From the NCBI GenBank assembly GCA_045046875.1, contig JASFYY010000059.1, positions 1 through 49,931 of the forward strand: a stretch of 49,931 nucleotides of DNA, given 5' to 3'. Origin of the DNA: Verrucomicrobiota bacterium (lineage in GTDB: Bacteria; Verrucomicrobiota; Verrucomicrobiia; Verrucomicrobiales; DEV007). Shown piece after piece: positions 9,329 to 18,780 of this stretch (positions are counted from its first letter, which is position 1; every line of letters begins with the position of its first letter). A model generated the notes under the pieces. That model did no database searches and was not told the origin of the DNA. It saw only the letters and a program-made list of their open reading frames with translations. Position numbers and translations under genes: made by a program.

Positions 9329-9637
9329 TTATTTGATTTCGGAAACTGTGAATACTTTTTCACCGTCTTTTTCAGACACTTTTCCGGTCATTTCAACTTT
9401 TTTGGATCCCTTACACACGTTTTTGTGCCAAGGTTTTCCAGCTTTGCCTTCCAAAAGATAAGTAACGGTTTTGCCGTCTTCTTTCACCTGAAGCACGTTG
9501 GTGCATTTGCTGGCGGTACCAAGATCGCATTTTGCGCAAGTAGCGGTTCCTTTAATAGTTTTATCAGCGGCAGATGCGTTGAGAGTAGTGAATGCCATTA
9601 CGACACCAAAGAGAGTAGCTGCGATTAGTTTTTTCAT
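9329..9637 (-). CDS. Small secreted Cys-rich protein (DUF6370-like)
   Basis: Signal peptide ending ASA; CAKC, C and HKNVC motifs; own terminator. Confidence 0.8.
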   Translation of the reverse strand: MKKLIAATLFGVVMAFTTLNASAADKTIKGTATCAKCDLGTASKCTNVLQVKEDGKTVTYLLEGKAGKPWHKNVCKGSKKVEMTGKVSEKDGEKVFTVSEIK

Positions 9638-9795
9638 GAGTTTTTTTAGTTTGAGTTCAGCAGTCAGTCGTCAGACAGACCATCCTCCTTACAAATTATT
9701 TGTCAGGGGACTTGTTACCTACCACATAACTCGAAAAGGGGCAAATGTTACAATCGCGTATTTAAAAAGCCATTTCATGCTATCTTTTTCCCATT

Positions 9796-10680
9796 ATGAA
9801 TCATGCTACATTCAAAATAGGTGACCTCACTGCCGTGATCGGCAACAACGCCGCTCACGACTCCCACCGGGCGGGTTACAACGGGATGTGGTCGCTACGA
9901 CACAAAGACGCACAACGGGATCTGTTTGCACCCGGTCTCACCGGGCTCAACCTCGAACATATTTTTTCCGGCGTCCATGAGGATGAAGACAGCAAGGTGT
10001 TTTTCGAACCGCGCAATGCACCGATGACTTTCAAAAAAATATCCGACTCAGTCGCCGAGTTATACCAACCGCCCACCCCCACTCATCACCTCGAAAGCTG
10101 GACACGCTTCGAACTGGTCGCCCCCCATTACATCGACATGACTTTTCGTTGCCGCGCCACCCAACACGTTTTTGATTACGATTATATCGGCCTCTTCTGG
10201 GCCAGTTACATCAACGCCGCTGAAGATAAAAGTCTCTACTTCCGCGGCGGCATGGAATCCCATGCAGACACCTGGAGCCAATTTTGCACCCAGGCTCACG
10301 ACGACGAGAGCACCCTGCGCCACCGCGACGACAACTTCGCCCTGAGCTTCAGCGCCATCCAGAGAAACACTCTCTACCGCAACCACTCCCCAATGCGTTT
10401 TGACCAGCACTTCTATTACGGTCACTTTGACGAACTGGTCTGGTTAATGATGTTCAAACCACCCCAACACGGACACATCCGTTTCGCCCACTCGCCTTCG
10501 GGTGGTGGATTGAACAACAAACGGCAAACCACCAACTGCGCCTGGGATTTCCAATACATCGTCCCCGATTACGAAGTGATGGTGGACTACACCTTCAGCG
10601 CCCGGGCTGCGCTGCGGAAAAAATGTTCGCGAGAGGAGATCCTTAACGAGTTCAATACTTGGAACAAAACTTTCAAATGA
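9796..10680 (+). CDS. Conserved hypothetical protein, possibly galactose-mutarotase-like beta fold
   Basis: 294-aa ORF with coding-like codon usage; motifs HRAGYNG, GLNLEHIF, GLFWASYI and AWDFQ; ATGA overlap with the next gene. The fold is inferred. Confidence 0.7.
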   Translation: MNHATFKIGDLTAVIGNNAAHDSHRAGYNGMWSLRHKDAQRDLFAPGLTGLNLEHIFSGVHEDEDSKVFFEPRNAPMTFKKISDSVAELYQPPTPTHHLESWTRFELVAPHYIDMTFRCRATQHVFDYDYIGLFWASYINAAEDKSLYFRGGMESHADTWSQFCTQAHDDESTLRHRDDNFALSFSAIQRNTLYRNHSPMRFDQHFYYGHFDELVWLMMFKPPQHGHIRFAHSPSGGGLNNKRQTTNCAWDFQYIVPDYEVMVDYTFSARAALRKKCSREEILNEFNTWNKTFK

Positions 10681-11663
10681 ATTATTTCCAAATGAAACTA
10701 CCTCATATCCATACCCTGTTCGCCTGCATGTTATTGTTTACAGCACACCATTCCCCCGCTCAAACTCCAGCCCAGCCTCCTGCCGACAACGGCTCACTCA
10801 AAGTGGTCAAACCTCCCGACACCTTTAAATCTGAATATAACCTGGTGTATAAAACCATCAATGGTCAGAAGCTCACCTTCGACTTCATCACCCCCGCCAA
10901 AACCACAGACAAACCCGCTCCCCTACTCATCTTCATTCACGGCGGAGGATGGCGAGGTGGCAACAAAGAAGCCTTTTACCGTCACTTGTTTTTTGACTCC
11001 GTTTTACCGCTGATGAACAAAGGCATGAAAGTCGCCACCATCAATTACCGTCTCGCCAAAAAAGACGGCCCCACCACAGTCGACAGCGTAACGGATTGCA
11101 AAGACGCAGTGCGTTATTTTGCCGCCAATGCCAAACGTTTTGCCATTGATCCCCAACGCATCGTATTGATGGGAGGCTCAGCGGGAGGACATTTGACCCT
11201 GATGACCGCTCTCGCCCGTGATCAGGATTACCCCGCCAGCGATCAACAGTTCGAACAAAAACTACCGCCCTTACTCGCCGCCGTGCCTTTTTACCCCTTG
11301 TGCCATTTTGGAGATCCCCTCATCATGGGAGAGACACAATACAGCAAACCCGGCCGTTTTGACCTCATGCTCGGTGGCCCCCTGGAAGAAAACGAAGAGC
11401 TCGCCCGCCAACTCAGCCCGATCTTCCTGCTGCATAAAAACGCCCCTGCGCTATTCATCCTACACGGCGATGCCGACCCTGTACTGCCCGTCTTGAGCTC
11501 CCGCCTGTTTGTGGACCAAGCCAAAAACATCGGAGCAAAAATCAAATACCTCGAAGTCAAAAACGGCAACCACGGCTTCCGCACCGCCGACGACCCTCAA
11601 CTTGACGGCATCATCCAACAAGTCAGCGCCTATCTGGATAAGCAGATCTACGGAAAAAACTAA
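10677..11663 (+). CDS. Secreted alpha/beta hydrolase (HSL/BD-FAE-type esterase)
   Basis: HGGGW oxyanion motif, GGSAGG nucleophile, HGDAD and HGF; signal peptide. Confidence 0.9.
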   Translation: MNYFQMKLPHIHTLFACMLLFTAHHSPAQTPAQPPADNGSLKVVKPPDTFKSEYNLVYKTINGQKLTFDFITPAKTTDKPAPLLIFIHGGGWRGGNKEAFYRHLFFDSVLPLMNKGMKVATINYRLAKKDGPTTVDSVTDCKDAVRYFAANAKRFAIDPQRIVLMGGSAGGHLTLMTALARDQDYPASDQQFEQKLPPLLAAVPFYPLCHFGDPLIMGETQYSKPGRFDLMLGGPLEENEELARQLSPIFLLHKNAPALFILHGDADPVLPVLSSRLFVDQAKNIGAKIKYLEVKNGNHGFRTADDPQLDGIIQQVSAYLDKQIYGKN

Positions 11664-11750
11664 AAAGGCAAACCCCCGATTTCGTAAAGGTGCGGGACAA
11701 AAAACTTAGCCATTATTTATTGAAAGCTACCTTATCACCCCTCAGCATCA

Positions 11751-11934
11751 TTCCGCCCTTTTAGGGCTGACAATAAAAACAATTTAACCCCAGCGCTTCG
11801 CACTGGGCTACCACATTTTGTCCTTTCAGGACAGCTTACTTCCATCTCTTCTGCACCAACGGGGCTCAATGATATAGCCCAGTGCGAAGCGCTGGGTAAA
11901 AAATCCAATTCTCCCAGCCCTGCAAAGGGCGAAA
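11751..11934. repeat. Inverted pair of REP-like elements (BIME-like)
   Basis: Perfect 22-bp inverted repeat 11789-11810 / 11875-11896 (CCCAGCGCTTCGCACTGGGCTA), plus outer inverted GCCCT..AAAGGGCG hairpins, between convergent genes. Confidence 0.85.
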
Positions 11935-12091
11935 TGCATAGCGGTCAGCAGCTTAACTATTTTGCCTTACCCCCATTGCGCAGATGAACACAGATTTAGA
12001 GCTATAAAGGCTTGCCTTCCCGCATCAAGAATATCTACATCCATTTCATTCTTGGTGGTCAAATATCCCATGACACCAGCCCGCCCCCCAT

Positions 12092-12712
12092 TCAATCTCC
12101 AGTCGATTTCCGGATCAAGGAAAAAAACGCCTCGGCCATCAGTTTATAACCTTCTTCATTCGGATGAACCAGATCACTTTTCAGTGCAGCTGATGACAAA
12201 ATTTCGCTGATCGTTTCCCCATCATAAGGCAATTGATGCTGCTGCGCCAAATCCTCATACAAGTCGGGCACTTTGAGCCGCAAACCGGGTTCCGGCACTC
12301 CAATCAAAACCACTTCCGCTCCGCTCTCTTTTATCAATCGAATCATCTGCTCCAGATTCGCTTTCATTTTTTGCCGGGATTGTTTTTGCAACATGTCATT
12401 GCCACCCGAACAAAGAATAACCAAATCAGCTGACTCCCGTTCCAACACCCCCGGCAAACGCCGCAAAGCCGCGCTGCTGTCTTCTCCGGGAACTCCCGCA
12501 TTAAACACCTGCCCCGCCATCAAGCCAGATAACACAACAGGATAGCTATCATCCTGCCCCGCTCCATATCCAAAAGTCAAGCTGTCACCAAAAGCAACGA
12601 TGACCGAAGAACTGTTAAGCTTTTTAATCGTCGGCCCACCGCCACAGCCGACCAGTTGCAATGTAAAAACCAACAACAAAGCCACCTCTCCCCTACTCAT
12701 CCCATTCTTCAT
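12092..12712 (-). CDS. GDSL/SGNH arylesterase lipoprotein (TesA-like)
   Basis: AFGDSLTFG, NAGVPG, GGND and DLVHPN; lipobox LVGC. Confidence 0.9.
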   Translation of the reverse strand: MKNGMSRGEVALLLVFTLQLVGCGGGPTIKKLNSSSVIVAFGDSLTFGYGAGQDDSYPVVLSGLMAGQVFNAGVPGEDSSAALRRLPGVLERESADLVILCSGGNDMLQKQSRQKMKANLEQMIRLIKESGAEVVLIGVPEPGLRLKVPDLYEDLAQQHQLPYDGETISEILSSAALKSDLVHPNEEGYKLMAEAFFSLIRKSTGD

Positions 12713-12729
12713 TCTTCACTTTTCATTCT

Positions 12730-13647
12730 TCATTCCCCACTCCCCGCCACCGCTTTCAATACCGCTTTCTGTGCGTGCAATCTATTCTCAGCTTGCTGGA
12801 AAATCGTATCCGCATTCGCTTCGAGCACTTTCTCGGTGATCTCTTTTTCCCGATAAGCCGGCAGGCAATGCATCACCAAAGCTGATGATTTTGCCGCAGT
12901 CACGATACCGTCATTGATCTGATACGGCTGGAACACATCCAACCGGTCCGCCGATTCATCTTCCTTGCCCATGCTCACCCACACATCGGTGTAAAGCACA
13001 TCCGCATTGGTCGCCGCTGCCGTGGCGTCGCTGGTGAAACTCACCACCCCGCTGGCACTGAATTGTTGTTGGTATTCCGCCGAAGGCATGAAAGCCTCCG
13101 GGGCTGCAATCACCAACTCGAATCCCATATGCTCCGCAGCCCACATCCAGGACTTGGCCACGTTGCAGTCACCGTCGCCAAAAAATACCACCTTGCGACG
13201 ATCCCAGCCGCCGAGTTTTTCTTTCATCGTCAACAAGTCCGCCAAAATCTGGCAGGGATGTTCGTCATCGGTCAACGCATTGATCGTCGGTATACCGCTG
13301 AATTCGGCAAACTGCTCCACATCATCCTGGGCAAAAGTCCGGATCACAGCCCCATGCACCATCCGCCCCATCACCCGGGCGGTGTCCTTGATCGGCTCCC
13401 CACGTCCCAACTGCGACTGGTTCGATGACAAAAACATCACCGATCCCCCCAACTCGCGAATCCCAACTTCAAAACTCACCCGCGTACGGGTGGACGACTT
13501 ACTGAACATCAAAGCCCAGCACTGATCCCTCAGATCATCGTCTGATAAATCCTTTGCCCAACGTTTATGCTTCAGCTCCTCGGCTGACATCAACAAAGCT
13601 TCGATCTCATCCGCTGACGCGGCTTCCAGTGACAACAAATTTTTCAT
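12730..13647 (-). CDS. argF: Ornithine carbamoyltransferase
   Basis: SSTRTRVSFE, HPCQILAD, DVWVSMG, HCLP and QAENRLH. Confidence 0.97.
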   Translation of the reverse strand: MKNLLSLEAASADEIEALLMSAEELKHKRWAKDLSDDDLRDQCWALMFSKSSTRTRVSFEVGIRELGGSVMFLSSNQSQLGRGEPIKDTARVMGRMVHGAVIRTFAQDDVEQFAEFSGIPTINALTDDEHPCQILADLLTMKEKLGGWDRRKVVFFGDGDCNVAKSWMWAAEHMGFELVIAAPEAFMPSAEYQQQFSASGVVSFTSDATAAATNADVLYTDVWVSMGKEDESADRLDVFQPYQINDGIVTAAKSSALVMHCLPAYREKEITEKVLEANADTIFQQAENRLHAQKAVLKAVAGSGE

Positions 13648-13673
13648 CTCAATTCAAATCAATAACAGCGAGC

Positions 13674-14981
13674 TCACTCAGCAAGCTCGTTTAATAATTC
13701 CTTTAGCTTATTCAATGCCAAATCGACATCTTCCTGACTCACATTCAAAGCCGGCAACCAGCGCACCACATCCGTTCCCGCCGGCACGGTCAACAGCCCT
13801 TTATCCATCAGACGACTGACCACAAACAAAGCTGGCGTCTGCCCGCTCTGTTTAAAAGCTTCATTTTGTTCCAACTTTGCCACATTGAACACAAAACCCA
13901 GCATCAATCCGCGACCTCGCACCGACTGAATCAAATCCAAACCCCATTCGCCAAGCGTCTGCTTGATATAACCCCCCAGCTGTGCGGCATTTTCCCACAA
14001 GCGCTCTTTCTCGATCTCCTCCAATACCGCCAAAGCCACCGCCGAACCGAGCGGTGTGCCGCCAAAAGTCGAACCATGACTGCCCGGTCCCAGTGCATCA
14101 CAAAGTTGCCCCTGCTCTTCATCTCCAGCAGCATTTTTCGTAGTCCGGTTCGCCCGCACCCACACCGCACCCATCGGAAAACCTCCGGCCAAACCTTTCG
14201 CCCAGCTCACCGCATCCGGCTCAAGCTGCTCGATCACCGCATCCCAGGTTCGTTTATCCCCCGTGCGTCCCAGCCCACACTGCACTTCATCGAACATCAA
14301 AAGCAAATCGTGTTCATCACGCAAACGCAGTGCCGTTTGTAAAAATTCTTCACTGACCACATGAATCCCCCCTTCCCCTTGTACCACCTCGATCAAAATA
14401 GCCACCGTGCGATCACCCACCGCATTCTCCAAAGCCTCAACATCATTGTAGGGCACATGTTTGAATCCCTCCAACATCGGCTCAAAACCCGCTTTAACCT
14501 TATCCTGCCCCGTCGCCGCGATCCCACCCAGGGTGCGACCGTGGAATGATCCCTCACAAGTGATGATTTCATAACGCCCGCCCGGTTTCGATAAATGGTT
14601 GCCGTATTTTCGCGCCAGCTTGATCAGCGTATCATTTGCCTCCGCGCCACTGTTACAGAAAAAAACCTTGCCCGCCGCACCCATCACCTTCTCCACCAAA
14701 TGCCGGGCCAACAATGCCTGTTCACGTATCTGATACAGATTGGAACAATGAATCAATTTTTCACCCTGCTCCCGCAAAGCCTGCTGAATCACCGAATGGC
14801 AATGCCCCAGTGAACACACCGCAATGCCCGTGGCAAAATCCAAATAACGACCCCCTTTAACATCCTCCACCCACGAACCTTCTCCGCGCACCAACTCAAT
14901 CGCAAAACGACCATAGTTCGGCATCACGAATTGCTTCATCAAATCAGAAGTCGCTATCTCACTTTTGTTTGATCCACTCAT
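13674..14981 (-). CDS. argD: Acetylornithine aminotransferase
   Basis: FFCNSGAEAN, SFHGRT, DEVQCGLGRTG, AKGLAGG and HGSTFGG; located in the arg cluster. Confidence 0.93.
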   Translation of the reverse strand: MSGSNKSEIATSDLMKQFVMPNYGRFAIELVRGEGSWVEDVKGGRYLDFATGIAVCSLGHCHSVIQQALREQGEKLIHCSNLYQIREQALLARHLVEKVMGAAGKVFFCNSGAEANDTLIKLARKYGNHLSKPGGRYEIITCEGSFHGRTLGGIAATGQDKVKAGFEPMLEGFKHVPYNDVEALENAVGDRTVAILIEVVQGEGGIHVVSEEFLQTALRLRDEHDLLLMFDEVQCGLGRTGDKRTWDAVIEQLEPDAVSWAKGLAGGFPMGAVWVRANRTTKNAAGDEEQGQLCDALGPGSHGSTFGGTPLGSAVALAVLEEIEKERLWENAAQLGGYIKQTLGEWGLDLIQSVRGRGLMLGFVFNVAKLEQNEAFKQSGQTPALFVVSRLMDKGLLTVPAGTDVVRWLPALNVSQEDVDLALNKLKELLNELAE

Positions 14982-15868
14982 TTCACAATTTCCGTTCCCA
15001 CACCCGACTCAGTGAAAATTTCCAACAAAAGTGAATGCGACAACCTGCCATCAATCATGTGCACCTTCCCCACTCCCGCATCCAGAGCATCCACCGCCGA
15101 ACGCATTTTAGGAATCATGCCTCCATGGATCGTGCCTTCTTCGATCATCTTTTCGACTTCCCCCGCCTTGATCGTCGGGATCAAAGTACTCTCATCTTTA
15201 TAATCCCCCAACACTCCCAGCACATCGCTGAGAAATACCAGTTTCGATGCCTTGATCGCCTTCGCCAGAGCGCTGGCTGCCAAATCCGCGTTCACATTCA
15301 ACGCCAAACCCGTATCCCGCTCGGATGCCACCGGAGAAACCACCGGCACGATTTCATCCTCAATCGCTTTTTCGATTTTTTCCAAATTAAAGTCCACCGC
15401 CTGCCCCACCCGTCCCAACGAAACTTCACGCCCCTCTTCTTCCGACCAACCGGTCAAACGCTCACCTACAAACACTCCGTTGCCAGGAATCCCCACCGAA
15501 CGTCCGCCATACTCCTCGATCATTTTCACCAGACCTGGATTAATTTTCCCGTTCAAAGTCTCATCCACGATCTCCATCGCTTCGTCAGTCGTCACCCTTT
15601 GCCCGCCAGAAAACACCGCCTCCAGTCCTGATTCCTTCATCGCTGCAGAAATCGCCTTGCCTCCACCATGCACCAGCACCGGATTCACCCCGACCACCTC
15701 AAGGAATACCACATCACGCAGCAAACGCCGCACCAAAGCAGGGTCCTCCATCGCCGATCCCCCGACTTTGATCAAAAAAGTCGAGCCACGAAAATTCTGC
15801 AAATAAGGCAGCGCTTCAAGCAGCACCGCCGCTTTATCAATTGGGTTCTGTAATCCTGATGTGTTCAC
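14978..15868 (-). CDS. argB: Acetylglutamate kinase
   Basis: LLEALPYLQ, IKVGGSAM, VHGGGK, NVNADLAA and GGMIPK. Confidence 0.97.
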   Translation of the reverse strand: MNTSGLQNPIDKAAVLLEALPYLQNFRGSTFLIKVGGSAMEDPALVRRLLRDVVFLEVVGVNPVLVHGGGKAISAAMKESGLEAVFSGGQRVTTDEAMEIVDETLNGKINPGLVKMIEEYGGRSVGIPGNGVFVGERLTGWSEEEGREVSLGRVGQAVDFNLEKIEKAIEDEIVPVVSPVASERDTGLALNVNADLAASALAKAIKASKLVFLSDVLGVLGDYKDESTLIPTIKAGEVEKMIEEGTIHGGMIPKMRSAVDALDAGVGKVHMIDGRLSHSLLLEIFTESGVGTEIVK

Positions 15869-15945
15869 GAGTAGGCGAAAGAAAAGCGCCTAACCTCGCC
15901 ATTTTTCGCCAATCAGCAAGCGAAGAATGCCATTAAGAGCCCTGT

Positions 15946-17184
15946 TCAGCTCTGCGGTGCCGCGTATTCGCGCCGATTGAAGTCCACGTATTCGGGAGAC
16001 AAGTCGCTGGTATAAATATGATACTCCGCCCGCCCCTGGTTCAACTCGATGCCAATGGTGAACTTTCTTTTAGCCACCACCTTCTCCAATTCCTTGAACG
16101 ATATACCATTGTGATGCGCAATGCCATGCTTGGCCGCACACAAACCATCAAAATAAATATCCACCAGCTCCGGTTTGATTTTTGCCCCTGAATACCCCAC
16201 CGCATGAATGATCCTGCCCCAGTTGGGATCATTACCATTCCAGGAACATTTCACCAAGGACGAATTAGCCACCGCACGCGCCACCAACTCCGCATCCCGC
16301 TGCGATGACGCCCCATTGACCCGCACCTCCACCAGTTTGGTCACCCGCTCTCCGTCTGCGACCATCTTTTTGGCCATTTTCAGCATCAAAGCGGTCAAAG
16401 CATCGCGAAACAAACGGCTGCCCGGCCCCCGAGCCGTGATCCGCCGGTTCTCCGCACGGCAGTTTGCCATCACTATCACTGTATCGTTAGTGCTCATGTC
16501 ACCATCGATCGTGATCCGGTTAAAAGAAAGGTCTGTCGCCTCGCGAGTCGCACGCTGCAATTCAGTTTTGGAAATGCAAGCATCGGTAGTGATGAAACAC
16601 AACATCGTCGCCATGTTCGGATTGATCATGCCCGACCCTTTGGCAATCGCCCCAATACTGACCTTTTTCCCGCCAATCTCAAGCTCGACCATCGCACTCT
16701 TGGGTACCGTATCACTGGTCATGATCGCCTCCGCGGCCATGCGGCAATCCTTCTTGCCGTTCATCGTCGGCAGTTCCTTAATCTTCGGCAAAATGCGATC
16801 AATCGGTAAAGGCACTCCAATGATGCCCGTCGATGCCACCATCACTTGCCGTCTGCGAATCCCCAGCGATTTCGCCGTCACATCCGCCATCTGCCGGGCA
16901 TGCTCCATACCTACAGGTCCAGTGCAAGCGTTAGCATTACCACTGTTCACAATGATCGCCTGCGGGTCATCGGCACGCAGATAATTTGCACACAATTGCA
17001 CCGGCGCTGCTTTCACACGATTCTGGGTAAACACCGCAGCCGCAATCGAAGGACTGTCCGACCAGATCATCGCCAGATCCAATTTGGGCGATGACGGATC
17101 TTTGATACCACAGCTAACAGCTGCGGCCTGAAATCCTGTAGCAGCACATACGCCGCCGCTCTTAATAACAAATGGTGAATCCAT
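15946..17184 (-). CDS. argJ: Bifunctional ornithine acetyltransferase / N-acetylglutamate synthase
   Basis: NSGNANACTG, STGIIG, AKGSGMINPNMATML, DGDMSTND and DPNWGRI. Start set at ATG 17184. Confidence 0.96.
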   Translation of the reverse strand: MDSPFVIKSGGVCAATGFQAAAVSCGIKDPSSPKLDLAMIWSDSPSIAAAVFTQNRVKAAPVQLCANYLRADDPQAIIVNSGNANACTGPVGMEHARQMADVTAKSLGIRRRQVMVASTGIIGVPLPIDRILPKIKELPTMNGKKDCRMAAEAIMTSDTVPKSAMVELEIGGKKVSIGAIAKGSGMINPNMATMLCFITTDACISKTELQRATREATDLSFNRITIDGDMSTNDTVIVMANCRAENRRITARGPGSRLFRDALTALMLKMAKKMVADGERVTKLVEVRVNGASSQRDAELVARAVANSSLVKCSWNGNDPNWGRIIHAVGYSGAKIKPELVDIYFDGLCAAKHGIAHHNGISFKELEKVVAKRKFTIGIELNQGRAEYHIYTSDLSPEYVDFNRREYAAPQS

Positions 17185-17266
17185 GAGAGGGAGATTGAGT
17201 GCCTCTTTTATCCCATCTCGGGCAAAGTGTGCAAGCGCAATTAATTCGAAACGGATAAAAAGCGGA

Positions 17267-18316
17267 TTAAAAATGCAACAAACCTGCATTTTCCGGCAAA
17301 TCGAACATCAAGTTGAAACTTTGCAGAGCTTGACTCGATGCCCCCTTACCCAGATTATCTTCCGCACTGAATAAGATCAAACGCCCGGTCCGCGCATCGA
17401 TCACCCAACCGATATCAATGAAATTGGTTCCCACCACATTCTTGCTATCCGGAAAAATGCCCTCACCCAATACTCTGACAAAAGCCGAATCCTGATAAGC
17501 TTCACACAATACCTTATTCACCTCCTCACCACTAACCCCCTCCTTAAGACCAGAAAAAATCGTGCTATTAATGCCCGCCGTCACCGGCATCAAATGCGGC
17601 ACAAAAGAAATCTGCACCTCAGCACCCGCCGCATGACTCAATTCCTGTTCGATCTCGCTCAGGTGACGATGTTTGGGGGCACCGTATGCCCGGATGCTTT
17701 CATTGATCTCTACAAACAACAAACTGGTGTCCGCTTTTTTCCCTGCTCCACTCGCCCCGCTCATGCTCGCTACTGCGATCGATGAGAGCTCAAGCAAGCC
17801 CGCCTTCAACAGCGGGATCAAAGGCAAAATAATACTGGTCGGATAACATCCTGGCGAGGCCACCAAACGCGCTGCTTTGATTTCATCCGCATAGACCTCC
17901 GGCAATCCGTAAACCGCCTCTTTCATCAGCTCCGGCGACGGGTGTTTTTTGTCGTAATATTCCAAGTACACCTCGACATCCTCAAGACGAAAATCCGCGC
18001 TCAAATCAATCACCCGCAATCCTTTTTCAACCAGATCCTCAGCGTATTCCACCGCCACTCCATGCGGCAAAGCCAAAAAAGCACACTCGGCCCCCGAAGC
18101 CACGATGCTATCGATATCCGGCTGAACAAAAAACAAATCATCCGCCTTGCCACCACGGAAGCGCGGGAAAACCTCCGTCAACTTCTGCCCCGCACTCTGA
18201 CGGGAAGTCGCGCAGACCAAATCGACATTTTCATGCATCAACAACAAACGCAGCAACTCCTTACCAGAATACCCGCTCGCCCCCACAATCGCCACTTTGA
18301 TTTTCTTCTCACTCAT
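17267..18316 (-). CDS. argC: N-acetyl-gamma-glutamyl-phosphate reductase
   Basis: GASGYSG, DLSADFR, SPGCYPT, SGASGAG, HRHLSEI and DNLGKGA. Confidence 0.97.
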   Translation of the reverse strand: MSEKKIKVAIVGASGYSGKELLRLLLMHENVDLVCATSRQSAGQKLTEVFPRFRGGKADDLFFVQPDIDSIVASGAECAFLALPHGVAVEYAEDLVEKGLRVIDLSADFRLEDVEVYLEYYDKKHPSPELMKEAVYGLPEVYADEIKAARLVASPGCYPTSIILPLIPLLKAGLLELSSIAVASMSGASGAGKKADTSLLFVEINESIRAYGAPKHRHLSEIEQELSHAAGAEVQISFVPHLMPVTAGINSTIFSGLKEGVSGEEVNKVLCEAYQDSAFVRVLGEGIFPDSKNVVGTNFIDIGWVIDARTGRLILFSAEDNLGKGASSQALQSFNLMFDLPENAGLLHF

Positions 18317-18504
18317 CGTTTCACCATCGTTCTAATTTAAAAAAATTCCACCCCTCTTAAACCCCTCCTCTCACACTCGATATTAAAAGCCCCCTAATCC
18401 TACAAGGGTCTGCCAAATCGTAGTTCTTTGCCCTATCTCCGCCTGTCGATACTCCCTCCATCCTCACATCGCAAAATTGACCCCACCTTTATAAAGGGCT
18501 CACC

Positions 18505-18614
18505 GGCCTGCCGAGCCGTAGCTTCAGACTCCCGCAACTCTCTCTCAGTCCACCTACACCTTACAGGCTTCGGCGCGAAAACCTCCGTTTCGAATTACCA
18601 TTCGAAGCGTAGGC
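18505..18614. repeat. Structured REP-like element abutting the 3' end of tRNA-Pro
   Basis: Minus strand GCCTACGC pairs with GTGTAGGT; GCCGAAGC pairs with GCTACGGC; TTCGAAT...ATTCGAA hairpin. Confidence 0.45.
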
Positions 18615-18691
18615 TGGTCGGGCTGACAGGATTTGAACCTGCGACCTCTTCACCCCCAGTGAAGCGCGCTACCAAGCTGCGCTACAGCCCG
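18615..18691 (-). tRNA. tRNA-Pro (anticodon GGG)
   Basis: CGGGCTGTAGCGCAGCTTGGTAGCGCGCTTCACTGGGGGTGAAGAGGTCGCAGGTTCAAATCCTGTCAGCCCGACCA forms a full cloverleaf with encoded CCA. Confidence 0.97.
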
Positions 18692-18780
18692 AAATCATGC
18701 AGAACCTAAAACGCTCCTGCGAACGATGCTCACTGTGTCACCACTCAGCCGAAGCGCAAGCACATTTTCCCTCCTATCTC

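Noticed and set aside
12730..13647. N-acetyl- or N-succinylornithine carbamoyltransferase (ArgF')
   Set aside because: The STRT and SMG motifs and the presence of argJ indicate a canonical ornithine carbamoyltransferase.
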